In this document: positions 1 through 10,078 of the stretch, in pieces
Position numbering within the stretch: the first letter of the stretch is position 1
Layout: each line of letters begins with the position of its first letter
DNA from: Geopsychrobacteraceae bacterium
Lineage (GTDB): Bacteria > Desulfobacterota > Desulfuromonadia > Desulfuromonadales > Geopsychrobacteraceae
Direction of reading: 5' to 3'
DNA: 64,000 nt
Assembly: GCA_963676795.2 (NCBI GenBank)
Contig: CAXXTB010000002.1
Location: 864,001-928,000, forward strand
Program-made: the position numbers and the translations under genes
The notes under the pieces: generated by a model
What the model saw: the letters and a program-made list of their open reading frames with translations, nothing else
The model's database searches: none
Told to the model about the DNA's origin: nothing

Positions 1-4
1 GGCA

Positions 5-1168
5 ATGACCGACTTTTTGTTTACTTCCGAATCCGTCAGTGAAGGGCATCCGGACAAGGTTGCCGATCAGGTTTCTGATGCGATTCTGGATGCGATTATC
101 GCACAGGATCCCAAGGCCCGTGTTGCTTGTGAAACTCTGGTGACCACCGGCCTGGCCATGATCGCCGGTGAGATTACAACGACTGCAAACGTCGATTTTA
201 CCACTATCGTCCGTGAAACGATCAAGGAGATCGGTTACGACAGTTCCGATATGGGTTTCGATTATGCGACCTGTGCCGTACTTAACGCTGTCGGTAAGCA
301 GTCTCCCGATATTTCCCAGGGGGTCACCGAAGGGGAAGGGCTGCACAAGGAACAGGGCGCCGGCGACCAGGGGCTGATGTTCGGTTTCGCCTGTGACGAA
401 ACGCCGGAACTGATGCCGATGCCGATCATCTATGCCCACAAGCTGACCAAACGGCTGGCGGATGTCCGCAAGAGCGGTGACCTCGCTTTTCTGCGTCCGG
501 ACAGCAAGTCCCAGGTTTCGATTCAGTACATCGATGACAAGCCGGTGCGTATCGATACCGTTGTTATCTCTTCTCAGCATACACCTGAGGTCGCTCACGA
601 GACCCTGGAAGAGGCGATCATCGAAGAGGTCATCAAGAAGACCCTGCCGGCTGAGCTGCTCGACGCCAAGACCCGTTACCTGATCAATCCGACCGGCCGT
701 TTCGTTGTTGGTGGTCCGATGGGCGACTGCGGTCTGACCGGCCGTAAGATCATCGTCGATACCTACGGTGGTCAGGGCTCTCACGGCGGTGGTGCCTTCA
801 GCGGTAAGGACCCCTCCAAGGTTGACCGCAGCGCCTCCTACATGGGCCGCTACATCGCCAAGAACCTCGTCGCTGCCGGTCTGGCAACCAAGTGTGAGGT
901 TCAGCTGGCCTATGCGATCGGCGTTGCCGAACCGGTTTCGGTCATGATCAATACCTTCGGCACCGGCGTTGTTCCTTCCAACCGGATTGCTGAGATCGTC
1001 CGCGAAGAGTTCGATATGCGTCCGGCCGGAATCATCAAGCAGCTTGACCTGCTCAAGCCGGTCTATCGTCAGACTGCCGCTTACGGTCACTTCGGCCGTG
1101 AACTGCCTGGCTTCACCTGGGAGCAGACCGACCGTATCGAGTCGCTCAGATCCCGCGCCGGTTTCTAA
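5..1168 (+). CDS. metK: S-adenosylmethionine synthetase
   Basis: [19 protein letters not shown] and GGGAFSGKD signatures; 387 aa. Confidence 0.99.
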   Translation: MTDFLFTSESVSEGHPDKVADQVSDAILDAIIAQDPKARVACETLVTTGLAMIAGEITTTANVDFTTIVRETIKEIGYDSSDMGFDYATCAVLNAVGKQSPDISQGVTEGEGLHKEQGAGDQGLMFGFACDETPELMPMPIIYAHKLTKRLADVRKSGDLAFLRPDSKSQVSIQYIDDKPVRIDTVVISSQHTPEVAHETLEEAIIEEVIKKTLPAELLDAKTRYLINPTGRFVVGGPMGDCGLTGRKIIVDTYGGQGSHGGGAFSGKDPSKVDRSASYMGRYIAKNLVAAGLATKCEVQLAYAIGVAEPVSVMINTFGTGVVPSNRIAEIVREEFDMRPAGIIKQLDLLKPVYRQTAAYGHFGRELPGFTWEQTDRIESLRSRAGF

Positions 1169-1188
1169 ACAGTCTTTAGATAAAATTT

Positions 1189-1223
1189 AAAAAAGCGAGT
1201 CCGCTATCGGGCTCGCTTTTTTT
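1189..1223 (+). terminator. Rho-independent terminator after metK (possibly bidirectional)
   Basis: aaaaaagcgagtccg-ctat-cgggctcgctttttt hairpin with A- and T-tracts. Confidence 0.85.
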
Positions 1224-1402
1224 GTCCCTTTTTTTACCGACAATGCCGATTTGTACAATCCCGTCGTTATTGCCTCCACGCTGCACCAACTGTCGAAAAC
1301 AAAACAATGTCCGATGCTAAATCCTGGTTGACCGACAAAAGGCGGTGTATTAGATTGCGTTATGTTTTGTAACAGTATGTTAATTGCCACATTGGAGGAT
1401 TT

Positions 1403-3022
1403 ATGACGAGGATGACGAAGATGGGTCGCTCAGGAGGAAGATCGACGCGCTGGCTGCCACGGCTGCTGTTCTGTTCCGCCCTGTGCGGTTTTTTAATTAG
1501 TGGAGGCGTGGTATTCGCGGCGCATGATCTGCAGCTCAGCAATAATCTTTCAGCGACTTTCAATGATACCAGTGGCCCGGGGCGTGACCAGTCCTGGCTG
1601 AATGATGGCTGTTATTTTCTGGATGTTCTGTCCCTCACAGGGCGGGGAGATTTCAACAGCTACAGATATCATTTTTCTCTGGCCGGCAAGGCGACAAATG
1701 ATTCCCGTTCTGATACGCAGCGTTATTCCCTTACCAACCTGCAGGGACGTTTGACCAACCGGATTCATACTTTGACAGCCGGTGATGCCTTTGAATCATT
1801 TTCCCAGTATTCCTTGTCCACTGCAGTCAAAGGGGCATCGTATCGTTATTCCAATGAGGAGAACCATCTGCCGGACGTTGCCCTGGTTTACGGGGTTGCA
1901 TATGCCCGCTGGGATAATTTCTGGGGATTGGACGCTGTTCAACGCAATGTTTTGGGTATCCGTGCTGCCCAGCATGTCACGGATGATTTTACAATCGCGG
2001 CAAACTATGTCCAGTCGCGTGATCATAACCGGATTGCCGGTAGTTCACTCTATGATACAGATGTTGTCACCATTGACTGGGAGTATCTGCCAATCCCCGG
2101 CCTGACTGTCCGAGGTGAATCTGCTTACGGCCAATCGGAAGAATCTCTGGACGGAGTGAGTGGCACCCTGGACAAAGATGGTTTCGCTCATCACCTGGAA
2201 GCGATCGGTGATGGTGGTCCGAGTCGGGTTGTCCTTGACTATGAGTATGTTTCGCCCGATTTTGTGACTCTGCTCGGTTCGGCGACATCCGACCGGGAAA
2301 AAATCAAGGCAACCTGGCGCTACAAGGCGACCCGGACTACGACATGGCATTTTTCTGCACTCTGGTATCATGATAATCTGGACGGCGACCTTGCTTACCG
2401 TACGGATCATTATCGGCCGGAAATTGGTGTCAGCAAGCGTCAGATATTTCACCGTCGTTATGCCGAAGCCGATGCCAGCTATAAATTTGACTATGCCAGC
2501 GGCGGCGGAATTGATGCTAAAAACCACTATCTCAATCTGGGCTACCGTGACCGCTTCGGGGTTCTCGATACAGATACCAATGTCGGTCTGATCTATTACG
2601 ATAACGAAACCCGTCGCGAGGGGGCTGAGTATACCTATAATACGACCCTGAGTTCACGTCACAGTACGGGACCCTTTGTTTTTAAACCGTCGATCCGCCT
2701 GGGAGGCTGGACCCTGGAGGATGAACTGGCTGATAGCAATGATCAGGTCTGGGAATATTCCTGCGGGCTGGGTGTTGATATCCCTTCAATGAAGCTGATT
2801 TCCCATTTCAGGGTCGGACAGAACAAGCTGATTACCGAGAACGGTGATGATGTGGATAAAATGCTTGCGAGTATGCACGCTTACTATCGTCCTGATTTTC
2901 TGTCGATGTTCAATTATGCTCAGCTCTATCTGCGCGGCAGCATTAATGATTTCAGCTATTCAACGTCCAGTCGCGACTTTGCGGAAAAAAGCCTGACTGC
3001 CGGGATCAATATCCGTTTTTAA
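1403..3022 (+). CDS. Putative outer-membrane beta-barrel protein, unknown function
   Basis: GGAGGA RBS; N-terminal signal-like segment ending VFA; Tyr/Asp-rich amphipathic strands; C-terminal ...GINIRF beta-signal. Confidence 0.7.
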   Translation: MTRMTKMGRSGGRSTRWLPRLLFCSALCGFLISGGVVFAAHDLQLSNNLSATFNDTSGPGRDQSWLNDGCYFLDVLSLTGRGDFNSYRYHFSLAGKATNDSRSDTQRYSLTNLQGRLTNRIHTLTAGDAFESFSQYSLSTAVKGASYRYSNEENHLPDVALVYGVAYARWDNFWGLDAVQRNVLGIRAAQHVTDDFTIAANYVQSRDHNRIAGSSLYDTDVVTIDWEYLPIPGLTVRGESAYGQSEESLDGVSGTLDKDGFAHHLEAIGDGGPSRVVLDYEYVSPDFVTLLGSATSDREKIKATWRYKATRTTTWHFSALWYHDNLDGDLAYRTDHYRPEIGVSKRQIFHRRYAEADASYKFDYASGGGIDAKNHYLNLGYRDRFGVLDTDTNVGLIYYDNETRREGAEYTYNTTLSSRHSTGPFVFKPSIRLGGWTLEDELADSNDQVWEYSCGLGVDIPSMKLISHFRVGQNKLITENGDDVDKMLASMHAYYRPDFLSMFNYAQLYLRGSINDFSYSTSSRDFAEKSLTAGINIRF

Positions 3023-3058
3023 CGTTTTCGGTGAGTGCCGATTTGAGAGGATAGACAT

Positions 3059-4279
3059 ATGTTGAAGAAACTTGCTCTGTTATTGCTGCTGTTTATCAGC
3101 GTTTTGTCGACTGATGCCAGTGCCAAATGGTGGATCTTCGGTCAGTCAGAGGAAACCGTCGCGACCCGTTATCTTTATCTGAATGATATCTCCTTTAACG
3201 AGCTTGATCAGCAGGTGACCCTTTATCGCGATCTGCTCCCGGATGGACGTGTCATTCTACGCGGCAAGGCCCAGTCCGGAAAAAGTCAGATCGGAAAAAT
3301 CGAGGTTAGCCTCGATAACCGGGAAAGCTGGCAGCCAGCCAGAAAAGACGCCAACGGCAGCTTTGAATTCAGTTTCACCCCGGAACTGAACAAGACCTAC
3401 GACCTTTACGTCAAGATCCTTAACACCACCGGGAAGAGTAATGAGGTTGAAGAAACCTATCGTCAGCTTACCGTTTCCGACAGCGACATAGAGAGCATCA
3501 TCCGTACGACTCTCGATTCCATGGTTCAGGCCTATATGGAGGAAAATCCTCGGGCATTCATGGCATCAGTCAATCCTGATTTTGCCGGAGACTACGCGTT
3601 TCTGGACAAGGCGGTACGCCAGGACTTCGGGGCTTTCGACGGACTTCAGCTTGCCTATACATTGAACAATGTCGCCTCCGGTAGCGGTGGAAAGGTCTAT
3701 GTTGCCCTGAGTTACAACCGGCTGGTAACCTCGGCGTACAGCGGTGAAACCCTGAGCGACAAGGGGTTGACCGAATTTACCTTCAGCCTCAACGGTAACA
3801 GGGCGACGGTTCTATCGATGAAGAACCCGCTCATTTTCGGTTTGAGCGATGCCGCCAATGTTGCGAATGGCACGGTCAATTCAAGTGAAAATGACAGCGT
3901 TCTGGCTGTCGGTCCGGACGGAACCCTTGATCTGGTGCCCGTAACCCAGGTCGGGGACGACTCTTTCGGTGGGGTCATTCCGGCTCCGGAGAACCTGACC
4001 ATTGTTTCGTTCAGTTATCCTGATCTGGAAATGCATTTCGATATCCCGGCGGGAATCAGTGAAGCTGATTATGACAAGGTTATCCAGTGGAGCACTTCTC
4101 CCACCGGCCCCTGGCTGGACGATGATATGGGCAGTTTTACCGGTGGAACATTCAACCAGTTTACTGTGCATTGCCGGCCGGAAATCTGGACTCCCGCCAC
4201 GATTTACTACCGCATCGCCTTTGAACGAAAAGCGGATAGTGAACGGGGTGCCTGGAGTAACCTGATTTTTGTCCCTTAA
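3059..4279 (+). CDS. Exported protein with Ig-like, NTF2-like and Fn3-like segments
   Basis: Signal peptide ending ASA; Ig-like 'IGKIEVSLDNRESW...FEFSFTP'; NTF2-like helix plus strands; C-terminal 'PAPENL...YYRI...GAWSN' Fn3-like pattern. Confidence 0.65.
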   Translation: MLKKLALLLLLFISVLSTDASAKWWIFGQSEETVATRYLYLNDISFNELDQQVTLYRDLLPDGRVILRGKAQSGKSQIGKIEVSLDNRESWQPARKDANGSFEFSFTPELNKTYDLYVKILNTTGKSNEVEETYRQLTVSDSDIESIIRTTLDSMVQAYMEENPRAFMASVNPDFAGDYAFLDKAVRQDFGAFDGLQLAYTLNNVASGSGGKVYVALSYNRLVTSAYSGETLSDKGLTEFTFSLNGNRATVLSMKNPLIFGLSDAANVANGTVNSSENDSVLAVGPDGTLDLVPVTQVGDDSFGGVIPAPENLTIVSFSYPDLEMHFDIPAGISEADYDKVIQWSTSPTGPWLDDDMGSFTGGTFNQFTVHCRPEIWTPATIYYRIAFERKADSERGAWSNLIFVP

Positions 4280-4306
4280 AGCCATGCAGTAAATGGGTCC
4301 AATTTT

Positions 4307-4350
4307 AGCGGCAGCCTCTTCGCAATCTAAGAGGCTGCCGCTTGTTTTTT
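4307..4350 (+). terminator. Intra-operonic hairpin with T-tract (terminator/attenuator)
   Basis: 14-bp stem agcggcagcctctt/aagaggctgccgct followed by tgtttttt. Confidence 0.7.
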
Positions 4351-4364
4351 GTCATGAGGACGTT

Positions 4365-7300
4365 ATGAAGTGTCTGTTATTCATGTTGTTGCTGTTATTG
4401 CTCCCCGGGCTTTCTGTGGGCTGGGCCGCTACGACTGCACAGAGCGAGACGGCCAGGTTGGCCCAGCAGACCGTTCAGCAAAGCGCCAAGGGGAGCAGCA
4501 GCGGGGACTTCCTGCTCGAACTGCGTAATTCGGGCAGCGGAGGTTTCTATAATGAAGTGTTGTCTTTTGCCCAGGATCAGGCCAACAAGAACCTGAATAC
4601 CGCGCTTCAGAACGGCCGGGAGGCTACAGCTCTGGCCGGGCAGGTCAAGTCGATTCGGGACAAGATTGCCAAGGTCAACCAGGTGGTCGGCCGCCTGCTG
4701 GCCGTTGTCGATGTGACCAACAAACTGGCGGCCGAGGACGGTGAAGGCGCAGCCTGGTCAGCTGGTTTTACGATCCTTGGCGAGTTGGCGGGCAAAGAAT
4801 CGGTTGTCAAGGCATTGGGACTAACTTCAACGGCGCCAATCACTGCGGCCATTGTCGCCCTTCAGGTCTATAAGGCGAGCTGGGATGCCAAGGAAAAGGC
4901 CGCTCGTGATACGGGAATGGAGTCGATGTATGGTACCGTTGAAATCATCGTCCGCAATCGCAACCGTGAACTGGGGGAGGCACCGGGCCCCTTTCCGGCG
5001 ACATCAGAGAATATCGAGAAGGTCTGGCAGAAAATTCTGGCCAGTCCCGACTTTCGTAACTCTTTTGGCAACTATGTCGTGCAGAAGTTGGGCGGTCAAT
5101 GGCCGCAGCCCGGTTTTTTCTCCAGGATGGATGCAAGCTATGTCGGGCTGACTACAACGACGGCTGAAAATCTGCAGAGCCAGCGGGAAGAACTGGAAAA
5201 GAACAAAAGTGACATACAACGATATATCGCCAGTCTGCTGGCGAGTCTCAACAATGCCGCCAAGGTCGAGGAGCAGCGGATGCTGGCGGTCATTGCCCTG
5301 CGCAATCTGCAGAACTATTTTGCTCAGCATGGGGCGACGCTGGAAGCCGGGCTGAAAAATATGGAAAGAGCCAGTGGCAGAATCAGCGAAATGAAACAGT
5401 ACGCTGCCGCCTGCGAGGCGAATATCCGTCAATATATCAAGGAGAAGAGCCTTGATTCCTTAACCGCCCAGCGCTTCATGATTGTTATGTATGTCCGGGA
5501 TGTGTTGCGCTGGCTGCCGCCTGCAGGCGCGGATCAGGGCCTTGATGCCATCTTCAACCAACTGCAGAGCGGTTATCAGCTGGCTTCTGACGAGATTGAC
5601 AAACTCCGACTGGAGTATGACAAGAAGAATTCTGATCCTGAACCGCCGTTTTTAACTGCCCCTGACGCGCCTGGGCTCTATCTCCAGTTTTTCAAGGATG
5701 AGATAAAGCCTTTTGAATGGGATAACAGCGGAGGTCCCGATACCGTCATCGGCCAGATGCAACGGGTTCTGGCGGCCGGCCAGTTCCGAAGTACATTCGA
5801 TAAGACTGAACTTCCTGCCGGTCGGACCGACCTGGCCGGATCGGTCATCCGGGCATGGAGTGTGGAAAACTTCGCCGTTGCCGCCGCGGGGGGAACCACG
5901 GGAACTGTGTCAGCTCCGGGCGAGGACGAAAAAGAGCGGACGATCGATGGTTACTATGAGGACGTCCGCAAAAAACTGGCGAAGATATACCAGCAGGGGC
6001 CAGGTGGCCCGGTTGTCGGCGATAACTGGAAAGGTGCCTGGCAATTGGCAAACGATGCCCTGGGGCGGCTCTCTGGGGTCACCCGCCTGGAGTACAGGGA
6101 GACTGCGGAAAGCTTGACGAACATGCTCAGTGTCTACCAGGCCAAGGCGCAGCAGCTTCATGTCCGGGCCAGGGAAATTGATGGATGGTTTGTCCAGTTC
6201 GGCGCTCAGGCCTTCAGCCCTGAATTTCTCGGCGTATCCCGGCCGACCACCGGCTTTGCGGGTGGGACGTTGCCTCAGAGTGGCGAGGACGATCCTCTGG
6301 CGATTGTTGCGCTGATTGCTTCCTTGGATCAGCAGTACGCAAATTTTCAGCTGTCACCTATCGCAGCGTCGACAGATGATTATCCCGGACCTACAGGTGG
6401 TATAACGCAGTCGCTGCATGATCATAGTTCCCGGTTGTTTGGAATTGGACAGAGTATTGAGTTCAGCTATTCTCCCTATCTGGATAAGATCGAAAGCCTA
6501 ACACTGGACATGGAACAGCTTGGAAAACGTTGGGATGAAGCGTTCAAAGAAGCCCAGGCCGATTTGGAGGATATTCGCCTGTTTGTAGACCCGGACTTCA
6601 TGGACTCCCCGCTTTTTCAAAGCTGGCAAACACGCAGGAAGAAAGTTCCGGACTGGGTGAACTATCAGACCCGGCTCGCACGTGAGTTGACAGAGCGGAT
6701 TGAGCGCTACAGCACGGAACAGCGAGAAACGGCGCGTTACCTTGACGTGATCAGGAGAAACATTGAACAGTGGCTGCGGGAAGCGGTGAATCAGGAAATT
6801 ATGCAGGACCATGGCAGTGGCATGGGTAACCTGAAAACAGGCTATAATTTTTCAGGTTCCGATCCCTTTGTGAAGTGGAAGCCCTATCTTCACTATTTGA
6901 CCAGGGCTGAAAAACAGCGCTTAAAGACCGAGTCGCTTACCCTCTGGAAGGGGAGTGGGTTGGAAAAATTCTGTGCGTCCTATGCTGAATGGCTGCAGGC
7001 TAAGGTCGATGCCTATTGGCAGGAGTATGACCAGCTGCCGACTCTGAATACAGATAATTTCCTCGTCGGCGAGGTGGCTGCCACGAGCCGTAGCTATTCT
7101 CCGCAGGCGGTAACAGCAGAGGTTTTGAATCAGGCTGAACAGCTATCCAGCCGGATGGTGCCCGGACGCGAAGACTTTGAAGCTCTTTATGGGCAGATGC
7201 GCAGCCTCTTGCCGTTGGAAATTTCTTTTCCCCTGCAACCGGACAAGGAGACCTTCCGTCCCCTTGCTGATGTCACCTTGCGGGCTCCTCTGGCCGGGCG

Positions 7301-8093
7301 TTATGTTGCATTACGGGACGCCCTGAAGCAAAAGCTGGCGCTCCACTATCCCCTGAGGGAACAGCGTCTGGCCGAACAACGGCGCCAGCAGAATAACCTT
7401 GCCAGCCAGAAGCTTCCCGGCCTGCTTGGACAGTTGCGTGGAAAGATCTCTTCCGGCAGGAGATTGGTCAAAGACGCAGAGATGCTGGCTGGTCGTGGTC
7501 CTCAACTGGACAGTCTGCTCGTCAGCCTGAAAGAGGCGGAAGGTCAGTTGTTTGAAGCTCCATATCCAGAAACCCGCGATCTTTATCTGCCACTGGTGAA
7601 CACAGGTGCTTATCAGGCGCTGGTGCTGCAGGTCCAGGAGACCTTTCGAGAAATGGAGCACTTGCTGGCCGATTTGCGCCAGACGTTCAGGCGGCTTGAG
7701 AAGCAGAAAGACGATTTACGCCCTGAGGTGGAAAGATTCTACGCCGTATTTATCCAGAACTACCAGCAGAAGAATGTCTCAGGTCTGCTGGCCGCGCTGG
7801 ATGATCACTGGGAGGCTGGAGATGGCACGACTCTCTGGGATGTCGAAGCCTATTTTCATAACATGTTCAACGTCTTTGATGATATTGAATTCAGGATCAG
7901 CAATCTCAGTCTGGAGAAACTCTCCGGTAGCCGTTATCTGGCCAGTTATGAAACCGTTATCACCGGACATATCTATGCCGATGATCTCGAACACGTCGAA
8001 AAATCGGTTGTCAGTGAAGAACTTGACATCTCAGCGACGGGCAAAATCCGAATCATGCGCACCCCGCAAGGGCGGCTCTGGTTTTTGAATTGA
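4365..8093 (+). CDS. Large exported alpha-helical hypothetical protein with C-terminal NTF2/SnoaL-like domain
   Basis: Start moved to ATG 4365 (GAGGA RBS, signal peptide MKCLLFMLLLLLLPGLSVGWA); 1242 aa; coiled-coil-like body. Confidence 0.7.
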   Translation: MKCLLFMLLLLLLPGLSVGWAATTAQSETARLAQQTVQQSAKGSSSGDFLLELRNSGSGGFYNEVLSFAQDQANKNLNTALQNGREATALAGQVKSIRDKIAKVNQVVGRLLAVVDVTNKLAAEDGEGAAWSAGFTILGELAGKESVVKALGLTSTAPITAAIVALQVYKASWDAKEKAARDTGMESMYGTVEIIVRNRNRELGEAPGPFPATSENIEKVWQKILASPDFRNSFGNYVVQKLGGQWPQPGFFSRMDASYVGLTTTTAENLQSQREELEKNKSDIQRYIASLLASLNNAAKVEEQRMLAVIALRNLQNYFAQHGATLEAGLKNMERASGRISEMKQYAAACEANIRQYIKEKSLDSLTAQRFMIVMYVRDVLRWLPPAGADQGLDAIFNQLQSGYQLASDEIDKLRLEYDKKNSDPEPPFLTAPDAPGLYLQFFKDEIKPFEWDNSGGPDTVIGQMQRVLAAGQFRSTFDKTELPAGRTDLAGSVIRAWSVENFAVAAAGGTTGTVSAPGEDEKERTIDGYYEDVRKKLAKIYQQGPGGPVVGDNWKGAWQLANDALGRLSGVTRLEYRETAESLTNMLSVYQAKAQQLHVRAREIDGWFVQFGAQAFSPEFLGVSRPTTGFAGGTLPQSGEDDPLAIVALIASLDQQYANFQLSPIAASTDDYPGPTGGITQSLHDHSSRLFGIGQSIEFSYSPYLDKIESLTLDMEQLGKRWDEAFKEAQADLEDIRLFVDPDFMDSPLFQSWQTRRKKVPDWVNYQTRLARELTERIERYSTEQRETARYLDVIRRNIEQWLREAVNQEIMQDHGSGMGNLKTGYNFSGSDPFVKWKPYLHYLTRAEKQRLKTESLTLWKGSGLEKFCASYAEWLQAKVDAYWQEYDQLPTLNTDNFLVGEVAATSRSYSPQAVTAEVLNQAEQLSSRMVPGREDFEALYGQMRSLLPLEISFPLQPDKETFRPLADVTLRAPLAGRYVALRDALKQKLALHYPLREQRLAEQRRQQNNLASQKLPGLLGQLRGKISSGRRLVKDAEMLAGRGPQLDSLLVSLKEAEGQLFEAPYPETRDLYLPLVNTGAYQALVLQVQETFREMEHLLADLRQTFRRLEKQKDDLRPEVERFYAVFIQNYQQKNVSGLLAALDDHWEAGDGTTLWDVEAYFHNMFNVFDDIEFRISNLSLEKLSGSRYLASYETVITGHIYADDLEHVEKSVVSEELDISATGKIRIMRTPQGRLWFLN

Positions 8094-8106
8094 GCTAGAT
8101 CTTATG

Positions 8107-8144
8107 AAAAAAAACTCCCCAGGCTTCGGCTCAGGGGAGTTTTT
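8107..8144. terminator. Bidirectional terminator between convergent genes
   Basis: aaaaactcccc-aggcttcggctca-ggggagttttt. Confidence 0.8.
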
Positions 8145-8151
8145 GGGCTTT

Positions 8152-9036
8152 TCAGCGTCTGAACCTTTTGCTCAGATCGCCGTAGGCATCGATCCGCCGG
8201 TCGCGCAGGAACGGCCAGATACGGCGGACGTTTTCGCTGCGCCGCATGTCAATTTCAACACAGAAGGTCTCTTCACAGTCGCTGCTCGCCTGGGCGAGAA
8301 ATTCCCCCTGACTGCCGGCGACAAAGCTGCTCCCCCAGAACTGGGCCCCAGCGGTATGGCCGCTTGGATCGGCCTCAAAGCCGACCCGGTTGACCGCGAT
8401 GACCGGCAGGCCGTTGGCCACGGCATGGCCGCGCTGGACGGTGATCCAGGCCTGGCGCTGACGCTCCTGTTCCTCTGCCGTGTCGTCGGGGTCGAAGCCG
8501 ATGGCTGTCGGGTAGATCAGCAGGTCGGCACCGTCAAGAGCCATCAGACGGGCCGCTTCCGGGTACCACTGATCCCAGCAGACCAGCACGCCGAGGCGGC
8601 CGACCGAGGTCTCTATCGTATTGAAGCCGAGGTCGCCGGGGGTGAAATAGAACTTCTCATAGTAGCCAGGGTCGTCCGGGATATGCATCTTGCGATAGAC
8701 CCCGGCGATGCTACCATCCTTTTCCAGGACCACCGCAGTGTTGTGGTAGAGCCCGGTGGCCCGTTTCTCGAACAGCGAGGTGACCAGAACAATCCCCAGC
8801 TCTGCAGCGATGCGGCCGAAGATCTCGGTCGCCGGACCGGGGATCGGTTCGGCCAGGTCGAACTGTCCGGTTTCTTCGCTCTTGCAGAAGTATTCGCTGC
8901 AGTGCAGCTCCTGCAGTACAATCAGTTCGGCACCCTGAGCGGCCAGCTGACGGATCGCATCGATGCTGCGGGCGACGTTCTCCTGACGCGCTGGGGTACA
9001 ACGCTGCTGGACCAGACCGACCTTGAGTGTTTTCAT
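8152..9036 (-). CDS. aguB: N-carbamoylputrescine amidase (carbon-nitrogen hydrolase)
   Basis: LQEL, YRKMHIPDDPGYYEKFYF, VCWDQWYPE motifs; adjacent to agmatine deiminase. Confidence 0.9.
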   Translation of the reverse strand: MKTLKVGLVQQRCTPARQENVARSIDAIRQLAAQGAELIVLQELHCSEYFCKSEETGQFDLAEPIPGPATEIFGRIAAELGIVLVTSLFEKRATGLYHNTAVVLEKDGSIAGVYRKMHIPDDPGYYEKFYFTPGDLGFNTIETSVGRLGVLVCWDQWYPEAARLMALDGADLLIYPTAIGFDPDDTAEEQERQRQAWITVQRGHAVANGLPVIAVNRVGFEADPSGHTAGAQFWGSSFVAGSQGEFLAQASSDCEETFCVEIDMRRSENVRRIWPFLRDRRIDAYGDLSKRFRR

Positions 9037-10064
9037 GGCAGAACTCCTTGTGGCAGTTGCATGGTGATGCAGTGCAGCGAGCCATGCTGGCGGATCAGCG
9101 GCCGGCAGTCGATGCCGACGATCTCCCGGCCCGGAAAGGCTGTGGCGACGGCTTGGAGTGCCTTGTGATCGTTAGCGTCGGCGTAGGTCGGAACCAGCAC
9201 TGCATCGTTGATGATCAGGAAATTGGCGTAGGTCGCAGGCAGGCGCTCCTCTTCATCGTAACAGGCGTCCGGCCAGGGCAGAGGGATCAGCCGGAAGGGC
9301 TGCCCTTCACGGGTGCGGAAGCTGGCGAGCTGTTCTTCCATCTGCTTCAGGGCCGGGTAGTGTTCGTCCTGCTGGTTGTCACACTGGACATAGAGAATCG
9401 TATCGTTCGGACAGAGTCTGGCCAGGGTGTCGATATGGGAATCGGTGTCGTCTCCGGCGAGGTAGCCGTGGTCGAGCCACAGCCAGTGATCGCAGCCGAG
9501 CAGTGGGCTCAGCTGTTGCTCAAGCTGCTTCCTGTCCAGGTGCGGATTGCGGTTGGGGTTGAGCAAGCATTCGGAGGTGGTCAGCAGGGTGCCCCGGCCA
9601 TCGCTCTCGATGCTACCCCCTTCGAGGATCAGCCCGGGAATTTTGCGCTCAAGGCTGGCCAGGATTCCCGAATCAGTCAGAATGCGGGTCGTCTGGTTGT
9701 CCCTGTCTGAGGCAAACTTCAGGCCCCAGCCGTTGAAGCCGAAATCGAGCAGGACAGGCGTCCCCTCCCTGTAAACTGTAATCGGGCCGAAGTCGCGGGC
9801 CCAGGTGTCGTTGGTCGGCGCCGGACAGAAATGCAGATTCTTAAGCGGGATTCCGGCAGCAACAAGCTGCTGACGAATCTTCTCCTGCTGTTCGGTCAGA
9901 ATAACCAGCTTGGCAAAGCGCAGGATCTCCCGGCTCAGGTTGACATAGACCTCGTCGACCTCGTCGAGCAGGGGTTCCCAGTCGCTGTCAGCGTGGGGCC
10001 AGGCAATCAGGACGGCGTCCTGAGCTTCCCATTCTGCCGGAAGGCGATAAGTGTGATTGGCCAT
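9033..10064 (-). CDS. aguA: Agmatine deiminase family protein
   Basis: PAEWE, DTWARDFGP, LEGGSIESDG, DTDSHID, GSLHCIT motifs. Confidence 0.9.
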   Translation of the reverse strand: MANHTYRLPAEWEAQDAVLIAWPHADSDWEPLLDEVDEVYVNLSREILRFAKLVILTEQQEKIRQQLVAAGIPLKNLHFCPAPTNDTWARDFGPITVYREGTPVLLDFGFNGWGLKFASDRDNQTTRILTDSGILASLERKIPGLILEGGSIESDGRGTLLTTSECLLNPNRNPHLDRKQLEQQLSPLLGCDHWLWLDHGYLAGDDTDSHIDTLARLCPNDTILYVQCDNQQDEHYPALKQMEEQLASFRTREGQPFRLIPLPWPDACYDEEERLPATYANFLIINDAVLVPTYADANDHKALQAVATAFPGREIVGIDCRPLIRQHGSLHCITMQLPQGVLP

Positions 10065-10078
10065 TGACGCCTCTTTCC

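Noticed and set aside
8104..9710. Long + strand ORFs (354 and 227 aa) opposite aguB/aguA, and similar antisense ORFs over hox, tct, yidE, moxR and the RT
   Set aside because: Shadow ORFs of GC-rich coding strands; no motifs, and the opposite strand has clear family signatures
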